Source: Dehalococcoidia bacterium (GTDB taxonomy: Bacteria > Chloroflexota > Dehalococcoidia > Lucifugimonadales > JADFKI01). From it: a stretch of 64,000 nt of DNA. Positions 1 to 8,690 of the stretch are shown here, piece after piece. The notes beneath the pieces were generated by a model that saw nothing but the letters and a program-made list of their open reading frames with translations, made no database searches and was not told where the DNA came from. The stretch's first letter is position 1. The number at the start of each line of letters is the position of its first letter. Both the position numbers and the translations under genes were made by a program. The stretch spans positions 2,471,961-2,535,960 of the forward strand of contig OZ241333.1 of assembly GCA_965200085.1 (NCBI GenBank), read 5' to 3'.

Positions 1-2
1 TA

Positions 3-1544
3 ACTGAACTGGGTACTGGACCGAGTTATAAAACTCGGTTAGGTGCCTCTACCTTAGGTGAAAGCTATCTCGAATATAGAGACACGCGCTGGGACGATAG
101 AGAGGCAATTGTATTTCTGAGAAACAACTCCCTAATACCAAGCACACTTCAGCCGGGAAGGTATCAGCTGGGAATATTCGACTTTAGTGATTCTGATGAA
201 CCCACAGTGGCTAGCCGCATAAGCAAGCGATGGCTTCCGGCTGTATCAAATACGGCAGGAGCAATGGGAAACGCTGATAAGCAGTTCTTCACTGACGATC
301 CAGAGAAAGAGAAATACATCGGTAGTCAAGGAGAGACTGCATCAGAGATGGTACCGTCCATTACAGTGGCATCACTGAAGGCTTTAATTGATGAGCTCGA
401 AGCAGAAGTTAGTGCGTCTGTTAGCCCGGAAGAGTATCGAGAATGTCGTATTCAGGGATACAAGTGGGAAAGGGGCAGAGGGGATAAAGGTGGTCTTAGG
501 GATATTCCAGATTACTATCGACGCTTTCATTATGGCATACCTTCCGGAGCGGCTGCAGGCAGTCAATTTTACGCAGATGCACGTGCTTCTGGTAGGTTGC
601 ATTACGATCCACCGGGTGCGCCACGTGCACAATACTGGCTTGAGGGCAGAGATAAGAACTTGTTCGGTGCGAAGCATCCCGGCATAGTTTTCTTAGCACG
701 TCCACTTCCTGAAGGTAAGTATAGGTTTTACTACAATGATCGGGAGCGCAAATATGTGATCTGCGACGCAATTCCTGACTTTGAACGGAACAGGCGAGAA
801 CTCTTCGTGCAGGTAACCGCCCCCGCCGGCACACTGCACGAAGCGTTCTTCGACCCTGTGGATATTGTCGATGCGGTCGGCGCTGACGGCTCGAACGGCG
901 TGCTGAAACCAGTGTCGTTCTCGGCGAACAGTGCAATAGAGCGCATAGACTGGCAGTCCAATGCCGTTTCCATAGCCGTCAGCAATCCACCCTCGCTTGC
1001 AGACCACCACATAGACTTCATCGCCCTGGACGGCTCTGTTGCGCTGCGTCTGGACTTCGACGACGCATCCGTGAGTGATGAGGGCAGTACTCGCACACTG
1101 CGATGGAAGGTGTGCGAGCAGCCGTGGCAGTCTGGCGACCTGCTGATGCTGCGGATAAGCATCAGCGAACCCAATCTTACTGGAGTGACCAACGATACTG
1201 CGTGTGATGGCGATCCGACTGCAACGCCGACGGCAGCGCCGGAGCCCACGGCTACACCGACGGCAGAGCCAAATGGGTTTTCCAGCGTTTTTACTTCTAC
1301 ATCAATAACCGCCAACAAGCGCTACTCACTTCGCAGCCGCCTGAGTTCAGCCTCCAATTCCGCAGCACGCGCTTCTGATGTCAGTCTCGCTTCTCGTTCC
1401 GCTAATTTTGCTGCACGCTCTTGTTCTGCACGCTCTTCTGCCGCTAGTCTAGCTTCTCGTTCTACCAGCCGAGCCTGTTCTGCATCAGCCAGCGTGTTCA
1501 GCCATTCGCCGCTGACAGCATCCTTCAGGCGAAACTCAGTGTAG
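3..1544 (+). CDS. 3' part of a large secreted/surface protein whose 5' end lies outside the window. Unknown-function domains end in a Pro/Thr linker. The last ~220 nt are antisense to the Uma2 gene and are probably not native coding sequence.
   Basis: The frame is open from nt 3, with no stop upstream of the GTG at 207 used by the ORF track. PT linker DPTATPTAAPEPTATPTAEP at about 1210-1270 resembles the linkers of the 2580-7283 protein. The tail after 1322 is a Ser/Ala/Arg-rich mirror image of the Uma2 coiled coil. Confidence 0.5.
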   Translation, partial: TELGTGPSYKTRLGASTLGESYLEYRDTRWDDREAIVFLRNNSLIPSTLQPGRYQLGIFDFSDSDEPTVASRISKRWLPAVSNTAGAMGNADKQFFTDDPEKEKYIGSQGETASEMVPSITVASLKALIDELEAEVSASVSPEEYRECRIQGYKWERGRGDKGGLRDIPDYYRRFHYGIPSGAAAGSQFYADARASGRLHYDPPGAPRAQYWLEGRDKNLFGAKHPGIVFLARPLPEGKYRFYYNDRERKYVICDAIPDFERNRRELFVQVTAPAGTLHEAFFDPVDIVDAVGADGSNGVLKPVSFSANSAIERIDWQSNAVSIAVSNPPSLADHHIDFIALDGSVALRLDFDDASVSDEGSTRTLRWKVCEQPWQSGDLLMLRISISEPNLTGVTNDTACDGDPTATPTAAPEPTATPTAEPNGFSSVFTSTSITANKRYSLRSRLSSASNSAARASDVSLASRSANFAARSCSARSSAASLASRSTSRACSASASVFSHSPLTASFRRNSV

Positions 1545-2110
1545 CCGTCCGAATCCGGAATACACCAGAAGTCCACTCCCAGCGCCTCACTGCGCGACCA
1601 TACACTCCCATCCGGCTCATCGTGCTGCTCAATGCGCCGATACTCGCCGTCAACAAGATGCTCACCCACTAACGGCTCTCCGTAATACTCACCTCCGGTT
1701 ATATCAAAGCGCCAGTATTCCTGAACGCCCATCTGCGCGTATATATCACGCTTCTGGTTTAGGTCCCTGCTTGCGGTGCTGGGGGATGCCACCTCCGCCA
1801 CAAATGCAGGAACAGCATCCCACTCGTCAACTCGGTAGCTGCGACGATCTCTCTTTATCATCCTCTCGTCAGGCACGCCGAATACTACATAGCAGTCCGG
1901 CACTATAACAGAACCGGGCACCTCTGAGTCATATATGACATTCGTTGCAGGACCTGCAATTAGCACACTTGGGTCGTTTGCATAGCGCGCCATTAGAATA
2001 GATTTTATCACCGTAATAGTATCGTCTTGCTGCATGCCGTCCTCAGGTGGTTCGGGAACATCCGGTATCAGGTCGTACCACGGGACAGTGGTTGTCGTTG
2101 TTGTTGCCAT
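1322..2110 (-). CDS. Uma2 family (DUF820) PD-(D/E)XK endonuclease-like protein with C-terminal coiled coil, copy 1
   Basis: ATG at 2110 is preceded by GGAGG. Motifs PDCYVVFG ... FVAEVASPS ... EYWRF are typical of Uma2/DUF820. The C-terminus is an Ala/Glu/Arg-rich helix ending ELEAELRRLRSE. Paralogous to 57169-57879, 57930-58712 and 63532-end. Confidence 0.85.
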   Translation of the reverse strand: MATTTTTTVPWYDLIPDVPEPPEDGMQQDDTITVIKSILMARYANDPSVLIAGPATNVIYDSEVPGSVIVPDCYVVFGVPDERMIKRDRRSYRVDEWDAVPAFVAEVASPSTASRDLNQKRDIYAQMGVQEYWRFDITGGEYYGEPLVGEHLVDGEYRRIEQHDEPDGSVWSRSEALGVDFWCIPDSDGYTEFRLKDAVSGEWLNTLADAEQARLVEREARLAAEERAEQERAAKLAEREARLTSEARAAELEAELRRLRSE

Positions 2111-2407
2111 CGTATAGCCTCCAAGCTCGTGATGGGATGTACGGTATTTTAGCACAGCAGAACAAACGACTGAATGTGGTAAGCAATGCACATTGACATA
2201 AAACGGGGATATTAGGATTTCAACAATCTATTTTGGGCAGGGCGCCGCGCGGCATGAAGTCATACGATAGATGCTTTGCCTGCGACGGCAGACTGCGCCG
2301 TGCAGCCTGAGCCGGCGGACGAAATCAAGCGAAAGGGAGACCTCTATAAGGATCTCTCTTTTTGCCGAAATGAGCAAAAAATCTATGCTATAAATTGACA
2401 TAATCTA

Positions 2408-2439
2408 TTGACAAAGGGGGGGGGGGGTAGAAGTAAAAT
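2408..2439 (+). promoter_or_regulatory. Candidate sigma70-like promoter TTGACA-N20-TAAAAT whose spacer contains a G12 tract
   Basis: TTGACA at 2408-2413 and TAAAAT at 2434-2439, about 140 nt upstream of the ATG of the giant gene. The 20-nt spacer is longer than the canonical 17 +/- 1. Confidence 0.3.
2416..2427 (+). repeat. G12 homopolymer
   Basis: Twelve consecutive G read directly from the sequence. Confidence 0.9.
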
Positions 2440-2579
2440 TCTTCCACCTAATTTGCGGTAGTCTGCCCGGCAGGCATGAGCCGCGGGCAATTGCTTTGCC
2501 CGCGATGTCAGACGGCTCTCCGGCTCAGAGTGCAGAATAGGACATCCGGCCAGTGAACCCTACATGAGGAGACGACATC

Positions 2580-5500
2580 ATGTTGCTGAGAAAGTTAGCG
2601 TCCAATCGGTTCTTTATCACAAAACGTATTAGTATTTTTGCTGCCGTGATGACGCTGGCGCTGCTGCCGATGCTTCTGCTTGGCGTAACGTCCTATAGCA
2701 AATCGCTCGAAGCCCAGACGCCACCCGCAGACGACCTTCCCTTCGCCGCCACCCTGACCGTCGGCGGAACCCCAGTCCCAGAAGATCCCCCGCCAACCCC
2801 AACCCCGGACCCCATCGAAGGTCCCGCTGACATTTATATATATTATTACGACTTCGGCTACAAGACTGGATCCGGTTCTCTGGACGATACGGACTTCGTG
2901 TTTGAGGGCACGACGTACACTATCGATAGGGTGTTCGAAAGACAGACTTGGGCTCACGATGTTACTGATGTCAATGATGGATTAGAACCAGTAGGCTTCT
3001 GGCATTACTGGCCTCGGACGAGACTGTATTTCAACACCACCCCCAACCTGTCGGCCGATGATCTCGCCAAACTCGAGGTGCGAGTCAATGGCAAGCTCTA
3101 CATGGGGGATTCTTTCGAGAGCGCGTCTTGGGAGTCTGAGGACTGGAGACTGAACCGTAACGAGCAGGATAAACGTTTCGGGATCGGGGACACGGTCTCG
3201 ATCGAGGTGCGGGAAAAACCCGCCGATGACAAGGCGGTCCTGAAACTCTTCTACGACGCTGCCGGCGGGGACAACTGGGAAGACAGTACCAACTGGAACA
3301 CCGACAAGCCGCTGGGGGAATGGAAAGGCGTATGGACCAACAACGACGGCCGGGTAGTCAAGATACAGTTCAAGAGAAATGATATAGAGGGTACGCTGGC
3401 GCCGGAGCTAGCTTACCTGTCGGAATTGAAAATCCTGTACCTTGCCGAAAACAGTATATCCGGGACAATACCATCTTCGCTGGGCTACTTGTCCAATCTG
3501 GAAGAGTTGATCCTAGGGAATATGTATCTGACCGGTGGCATACCGGAGGAAATAGGACATTTAACTAAGCTGAAGGAGATAATAGTACGGTGGAACAACT
3601 TGTCGGGTCAGCTCCCTTACAGCCTCTCCAGCTATAACAGTTTGCGCGAATTTTACTTTGACCAAAACGATGGTCTGTGTGCTGATAAGCATGTATTCGA
3701 ACGAAGGAAAATCAATCAATACCATCATTATTACAAGTGGAGAGGCCAGATCTGCGGTCAGTCGCCGCCGCCGGTGATACCCCGGCCAAGGCAGCCCGCA
3801 CCCACGCCGACGCCAACGCCGACGCCAACCCCGGATCCTGTTGAGAAGGCGGCTCTGGATGCCTTCTACGACGCCACCGATGGGGATAACTGGACGAGAT
3901 CCAATGCAAACTGGAAATCCGACAAGCCCCTGGGAGACTGGTTTGGCGTAGATACCCGCGTGAACGGATCCGTAAAATGGCTGAAGATCAAGAAGAATGG
4001 ACTGAACGGCACGATTCCGGCGGATCTGAAGGATATAAGCCGGCTGGAAATCCTGGAGCTGCTCGGCGAGCCAAACTTGACCGGTCCAATACCGCCGGAA
4101 CTGGGCCAGTTGTCCGATTTGAAACAGCTTAGCCTGTATCGCAATAATTTGTCCGGCGACATACCAGCAGAACTGGGCAACTTGTCCAACTTGGAACGCC
4201 TGTATCTGTTCGATAACAATTTGTCCGGCGGCGTGCCGAAAGAACTGGGCAACTTGTCCAACTTGGAACGCCTGTATCTGTCGAAGAACCGGCTGACCGG
4301 CGAACTCCCGGCGGAAATAAGGAACTTAACCAAGCTGACTCATCTGGATATCGGGGCGGGTGTCTCGGACAACGAGGGCTTGTGTGTGCCGGATACCGAG
4401 ACCTTCCGTGAATTCGTGAACGGCCTGTCGTCTTTCAAGGGCTGGTATTGCGGGTCGCCGCCGGCCATACCCACGCCGAAGCCAACGGTAGTGCCCAGTC
4501 CCACCGCTACGCCTGTGCCCACGCCAGGCCCCAATGAGCGTGACGCGCTGGTAGCTTTTTACAACGCTACCGATGGGGCAAATTGGAACCACAACAGAGA
4601 TTGGTTGAGTACGAAGCCTTTCGGTCATTGGCAAGGCTTATATACCAACAGTGCCGGATCAGTAACTTCTCTTCTGACAATGAAAAATGTCGGATTGAAC
4701 GGCACGATCCCGACGGAGATAAAGGATCTGCCCAATCTGGAATCTCTGTATCTGGTCAAAAACAGCAATTTGACCGGTGAAATACCTGCTGAAGTGGGTC
4801 AGTTGTCCAGCTTGACAAGCATAAGCTTGTTGTATAACGGTTTGAGCGGCGAAGTGCCGGAGGAACTGGCGAACCTGTCCAATCTGGAAAAGCTGTGGCT
4901 GGCAGAGAACCAGTTGACCGGCAAACTCCCGGCGGGAATAGCCGATTTGCCCTTCCTGAATTCGCTGCAGTTCGCAAACAATGCGGGGCTGTGCGCGCCG
5001 GATATCAAAAGTTTCCGGGACCTGAAGAAACGCCTGACCGACTTCAAAGGCCCATGGTGTCCGATTGACCAACCTGATGAGCTGATGGTCTCGACCACCG
5101 CGAGCACTGCATCGAAGACCCTGGACTTGTCCTTCACCGCCCCGCCGGACGGCTCGGACTACGTGGCTGCCAACAGCCAGTACCGCGTGATGGGCAAGGT
5201 AACCGGCGCCACCTGGAGCGCCTGGGCCACGCTGGCCAACGCCACCGAGTCCGATGGGCGGGTCAGCGGCGCCACTGCCGCTAATCTGGTCGACGGCCAG
5301 GTCTATGACGTGGAGGCGCGCTGGTGCGGCGCGACGCCCAGCGACGCGACCTGCAGCGACGTCTCGGAGCCGGCGGTGGGGGCCACGATGGCCTCGGCGC
5401 CGATGACTGCCATGGTGGTACCCTCCTCGTCAACCGAGCTGTGGCTGTCGTGGGATATTACTGTAGATACCGGCTCCAATCCGCACGCCGCCTACGAGAT

Positions 5501-7283
5501 TGGCTACAGCGCCGACACCAGCGCCGACGAACCGGCCATGATGGTGGACGCGGCCGTCGTGCCGGCATTCGGCACGACCAGCTTCAAAGTGGACAACCTG
5601 GCGCCCAGCACGGAGTATCGGGTCTATGTGCGCAGCGTGATCGACCATGACGGCGAACGGCTCTACGCCTCGTCTTGGACGTCGGACTCGGACACGACCA
5701 ATGAGCCGGAGGCGGGTACTGTGGTGGAGTTCCCGTCGGATCAGAGCCGTCGGATCCAAGGGGCCTGGAGCGATGACGAAACTGCCAGCATCATCCTCAA
5801 TGGATCCTCCGGCCTGCCCTCATACGACACGACCAGCGAGATCAAGCACCCGTCGGGCGGAACATACACCATATCGTCCTTTGGTCATAACCCGCGGACG
5901 ATTACCTTCACACGCCCGGGGTTTGCCGACGGTGTAATCAGCTGGGCGTATGTCGCTGCCGCCAACTGCGAGGAGAGCGGCGCCGACTGCATCCAGGCGA
6001 ACATCTACGCCAGCGGCAACGGCTTCACAGAAATCGAGGACCTGAACGCGCCGGATGAGGGTCAGGAAGCGACTCCAACGCCAACACCCGAGCCGACGCC
6101 GCTGCCGATAACGGCGACGCCTACCCCAACACCGACGACTCAGCCGGGCCCAACCGCTACTAGCACGCCGCCCCCGTCGGCTACAGCAACTGTTACAGCG
6201 ACCGCCACTGCAACCGCGACCGCCACTGCAACCGCGACCGCCACGGCTACTGCTACGGCCACAGCGACCGCCACAGCTACGGCATCACCCACACCCACAG
6301 CCACGGCGTCGCCGACACCAACGCCAACACCGGATACTGAGGTAGAGTTCCTGTGGAGTTTGCAGCATCGGATTCAGGGGGCTTGGAACGATGACGTAAA
6401 GGCCAGTATCATCCTCCGGCAGTACGCCAACCTGCCCTCCCACGGCGGCACGAGTAGCATCCAGGCACCGTCGGGCGTAACCTACACCATATCGTCCTGG
6501 GGCGATAACCCGCGAACGATTACCTTCGAGCGCTCGGGGTTCGATGACGGCGTAATAAGCTGGGCGTATGTCAGCGCCGCCGACTGCGAAGAGAGCAGCG
6601 CCGACTGTATTCAGGCGGACATCAATTCCAGCGGCAACGGCTTCGTGGAGATCAAAAACCTGAACGCGCCGGACGAGGGTCAGGAAGAGGATCCAACGCA
6701 AACACCCACGCAGACGCCACTGCCGATAACGGCAACGCCCGCGCCGACGCAAACGGCTACGGCTACAGCAACGGCGTCACCAACAGCTACCGCAACACCG
6801 TCGCCGACTGCCACGGCAACGCCATCGCCGACAGCCACGCCAGTACCTACTGCCACCGCTACTCCGGTACCTACGCAGACAGCGACGCCAGTGCCCACTG
6901 CTACGGCTACACCTGAGCCTACTGCCACGGCAACACCCACACCGACCACAACACCGCAGAACCCGGCGGAATTGATCGACGAGTTCGACGACATCACATT
7001 GTCGAATAACCAAACCATTGACCTGGACATGTCGGATCACTTCAGCGGCGACGGCTTGACCTACGAGGTGATGGTAACCACGACGCACCAGCCCACGGGC
7101 GTAGTGAAGACGGCTCCGCTCAACGAGGTGGCGCGCAACAAGGTAACCGGCGCTTGGAACGGCGATGTGCTGACGCTGACCGGCGGCAATGCGGCATCAC
7201 AGAGTCTGACCATCGAGATTAAAGCCACCGACCAGTACGGCGGCACGGCAAATGATGAGTTCGCATACTCGCTCAACAACTAA
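2580..7283 (+). CDS. Giant secreted/surface protein (1567 aa). Order: signal/TM anchor, three plant-type LRR cassettes, two FN3-like domains, a duplicated ~120-aa Cys-containing domain, PT and (TA)n linkers, and a C-terminal cadherin/Ig-like domain.
   Basis: GAGGAG lies upstream of the ATG and the N-terminus is hydrophobic (IFAAVMTLALLPMLLLGV). Three cassettes (nt ~3231-3760, 3841-4455, 4533-5065) each start E/K-x-AL-x-AFY-x-A-T/G-G-x-NW and carry 24-residue repeats of the type LxxLxxLxLxxNxLSGxIPxELGNL. Each cassette ends GLC(A/V)PD...FKGxxC. An FN3-like signature LAPSTEYRVYVRSV is present. Confidence 0.9.
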   Translation: MLLRKLASNRFFITKRISIFAAVMTLALLPMLLLGVTSYSKSLEAQTPPADDLPFAATLTVGGTPVPEDPPPTPTPDPIEGPADIYIYYYDFGYKTGSGSLDDTDFVFEGTTYTIDRVFERQTWAHDVTDVNDGLEPVGFWHYWPRTRLYFNTTPNLSADDLAKLEVRVNGKLYMGDSFESASWESEDWRLNRNEQDKRFGIGDTVSIEVREKPADDKAVLKLFYDAAGGDNWEDSTNWNTDKPLGEWKGVWTNNDGRVVKIQFKRNDIEGTLAPELAYLSELKILYLAENSISGTIPSSLGYLSNLEELILGNMYLTGGIPEEIGHLTKLKEIIVRWNNLSGQLPYSLSSYNSLREFYFDQNDGLCADKHVFERRKINQYHHYYKWRGQICGQSPPPVIPRPRQPAPTPTPTPTPTPDPVEKAALDAFYDATDGDNWTRSNANWKSDKPLGDWFGVDTRVNGSVKWLKIKKNGLNGTIPADLKDISRLEILELLGEPNLTGPIPPELGQLSDLKQLSLYRNNLSGDIPAELGNLSNLERLYLFDNNLSGGVPKELGNLSNLERLYLSKNRLTGELPAEIRNLTKLTHLDIGAGVSDNEGLCVPDTETFREFVNGLSSFKGWYCGSPPAIPTPKPTVVPSPTATPVPTPGPNERDALVAFYNATDGANWNHNRDWLSTKPFGHWQGLYTNSAGSVTSLLTMKNVGLNGTIPTEIKDLPNLESLYLVKNSNLTGEIPAEVGQLSSLTSISLLYNGLSGEVPEELANLSNLEKLWLAENQLTGKLPAGIADLPFLNSLQFANNAGLCAPDIKSFRDLKKRLTDFKGPWCPIDQPDELMVSTTASTASKTLDLSFTAPPDGSDYVAANSQYRVMGKVTGATWSAWATLANATESDGRVSGATAANLVDGQVYDVEARWCGATPSDATCSDVSEPAVGATMASAPMTAMVVPSSSTELWLSWDITVDTGSNPHAAYEIGYSADTSADEPAMMVDAAVVPAFGTTSFKVDNLAPSTEYRVYVRSVIDHDGERLYASSWTSDSDTTNEPEAGTVVEFPSDQSRRIQGAWSDDETASIILNGSSGLPSYDTTSEIKHPSGGTYTISSFGHNPRTITFTRPGFADGVISWAYVAAANCEESGADCIQANIYASGNGFTEIEDLNAPDEGQEATPTPTPEPTPLPITATPTPTPTTQPGPTATSTPPPSATATVTATATATATATATATATATATATATATATASPTPTATASPTPTPTPDTEVEFLWSLQHRIQGAWNDDVKASIILRQYANLPSHGGTSSIQAPSGVTYTISSWGDNPRTITFERSGFDDGVISWAYVSAADCEESSADCIQADINSSGNGFVEIKNLNAPDEGQEEDPTQTPTQTPLPITATPAPTQTATATATASPTATATPSPTATATPSPTATPVPTATATPVPTQTATPVPTATATPEPTATATPTPTTTPQNPAELIDEFDDITLSNNQTIDLDMSDHFSGDGLTYEVMVTTTHQPTGVVKTAPLNEVARNKVTGAWNGDVLTLTGGNAASQSLTIEIKATDQYGGTANDEFAYSLNN
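6180..6285 (+). repeat. In-frame ACN-GCN microsatellite encoding (Thr-Ala)n, including two perfect 18-bp units gcgaccgccactgcaacc
   Basis: Read directly. The translation is TATVTATATATATATATATATATATATATATATA. Confidence 0.85.
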
Positions 7284-7315
7284 CGCTAGGGTTGCTATGT
7301 AACAACCCTGAGTAG

Positions 7316-7356
7316 AAAAGAGTTCCCCTTCAACCCAACGGGGAACTCTTTTCTAT
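7316..7356 (+). terminator. Intrinsic terminator-like hairpin after the giant gene
   Basis: aaaagagttcccc (7316-7328) pairs with ggggaactctttt (7340-7352) around an 11-nt loop, followed by a T-rich tail. It starts 33 nt after the TAA stop. Confidence 0.6.
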
Positions 7357-7538
7357 TAGTTGGCGCGCTAGTTTAGCGGTGAGCTGAAAGTTGTAGCTAA
7401 AATACTTTATGACTCCAGGTTAATAATACCTGCTGATAGATGGACTAAGCACTGCTGCTGTGCTATTCTCCAATCTGATTTTTACAAATATGACGCCTGA
7501 TGGCGAATAAGCCCTTGCAATTGATATAGGAGTTCTGA

Positions 7539-8648
7539 ATGGAACGCCCAATACTTAAGCCAGTTGGCACACCGGTTGAACAGCTGGATACACCCGCACT
7601 GGTTGTCGATATGGATGTGCTCGAAGCAAATATAGAGGAAGTTCACGCTACTTTACGCCGTTCGGATGCCAAACTGCGCCCTTATACAGAAACGCACCGC
7701 TGCCCTGCTATTGTGCATAGGCAGCTTGCTGTCGAAGGCGCTGCTGGCGGCATAGGTGTGGCAAGCGTGGGCGAGGCGGAAATCTTCGCTCAGAATGGTA
7801 TATCAGACATTTTTGTGGTCAACGAGGTCGTAACCGCTCCGAAAATCACGCGTCTGTGCGCCCTAGCTCGACGGACGAGCATAACCGTCGCGGCGGATAA
7901 TAATATAAATGTGCGCAGCCTGTCGGAGGCGGCTCAGAGCAGCGGCGTTACTTTACAAGTTCTTGTTAATATCAACACTGGGCAGGATCGCAGCGGCGTT
8001 GCGCCCGGTCAGCCTGCCCTAGAACTTGCGAGCGCAATCGTTCAGAGTGACGGATTGGAGCTCGCTGGGTTGCTCTGCGGCGGAGAAGCCGACCTTACAC
8101 AGGATGCTGATGCTGTTGTATCCGAGTCAGTCAAGCGCATACAGCAAACTCTGAACACGCGCGAAATGCTGGAGCAAGCCGATTTAGATGTGCGCACTGT
8201 TGCAGTCAGTGGCACGCACTGCTATCGACAGGCGTCCGAAATGGAAGGCGTTACCGATGTGATAGCCGGCGCTTATGCACTTATGGATCAGCGACACAGC
8301 AGGTTTCTTCCGGAACTTAAACCCGCCGCAAAAGTCCTCGCTGCCGTTACGAGCCTGCCCGAACCGGGAGCAGCAATCCTAGATACAGGCCGCAAGGCTA
8401 TGGGTGATGATTACGGACTGCCGATAGTTGCAGGCCGTGATGACCTTGAAGTTGCTTCAATGAGCGCCGAGCACGGCAAGCTGCAATGGCAGGATGATGT
8501 CGATGTCTCTCTGAACTTAGGCGATAAGATTTGGTTCACGCCAATAGATATAGGCGCTTGCGTTAATGTGTACGACTACATTCAGGCGGTGCGCGGCGGC
8601 AAATTGGAAACCGTCTTTGGTGTTACTGCTAGAGGGGTATATCGCTAG
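7539..8648 (+). CDS. DSD1 / D-threonine aldolase / D-serine dehydratase-like fold-III PLP enzyme homolog, paralog 1. The PLP lysine position appears to be Glu.
   Basis: ~370 aa with N-terminal TPALVVDMDVLEANI and the C-terminal pattern typical of alanine-racemase-N plus D-serine-dehydratase-like domains. The motif LRPYTETHR aligns with RAHIKNLK of the neighbouring paralog. Confidence 0.7.
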   Translation: MERPILKPVGTPVEQLDTPALVVDMDVLEANIEEVHATLRRSDAKLRPYTETHRCPAIVHRQLAVEGAAGGIGVASVGEAEIFAQNGISDIFVVNEVVTAPKITRLCALARRTSITVAADNNINVRSLSEAAQSSGVTLQVLVNINTGQDRSGVAPGQPALELASAIVQSDGLELAGLLCGGEADLTQDADAVVSESVKRIQQTLNTREMLEQADLDVRTVAVSGTHCYRQASEMEGVTDVIAGAYALMDQRHSRFLPELKPAAKVLAAVTSLPEPGAAILDTGRKAMGDDYGLPIVAGRDDLEVASMSAEHGKLQWQDDVDVSLNLGDKIWFTPIDIGACVNVYDYIQAVRGGKLETVFGVTARGVYR

Positions 8649-8690
8649 AGCGCCGTTCAAGACATTTGAAACTTATTATGAGGTACACAG

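Noticed and set aside
1322-1544. The plus-strand ORF tail (SSVFTSTSITANKRYSLRSRLSSASNSAARAS...) could be a real C-terminal domain.
   Set aside because: It is the exact antisense of the Ala/Glu/Arg coiled-coil codons of the Uma2 gene. GCN/GAR/CGN codons read backwards give Ser/Ala/Arg-rich open frames for free. The same artefact appears at 57469-58131 across Uma2 copies 2 and 3.
6180-6285. A regular short repeat array that might be mistaken for a CRISPR or minisatellite locus.
   Set aside because: It is in frame inside the giant CDS, encodes (Thr-Ala)n, has a period of 6/18 nt and no spacers. It is a coding linker microsatellite.
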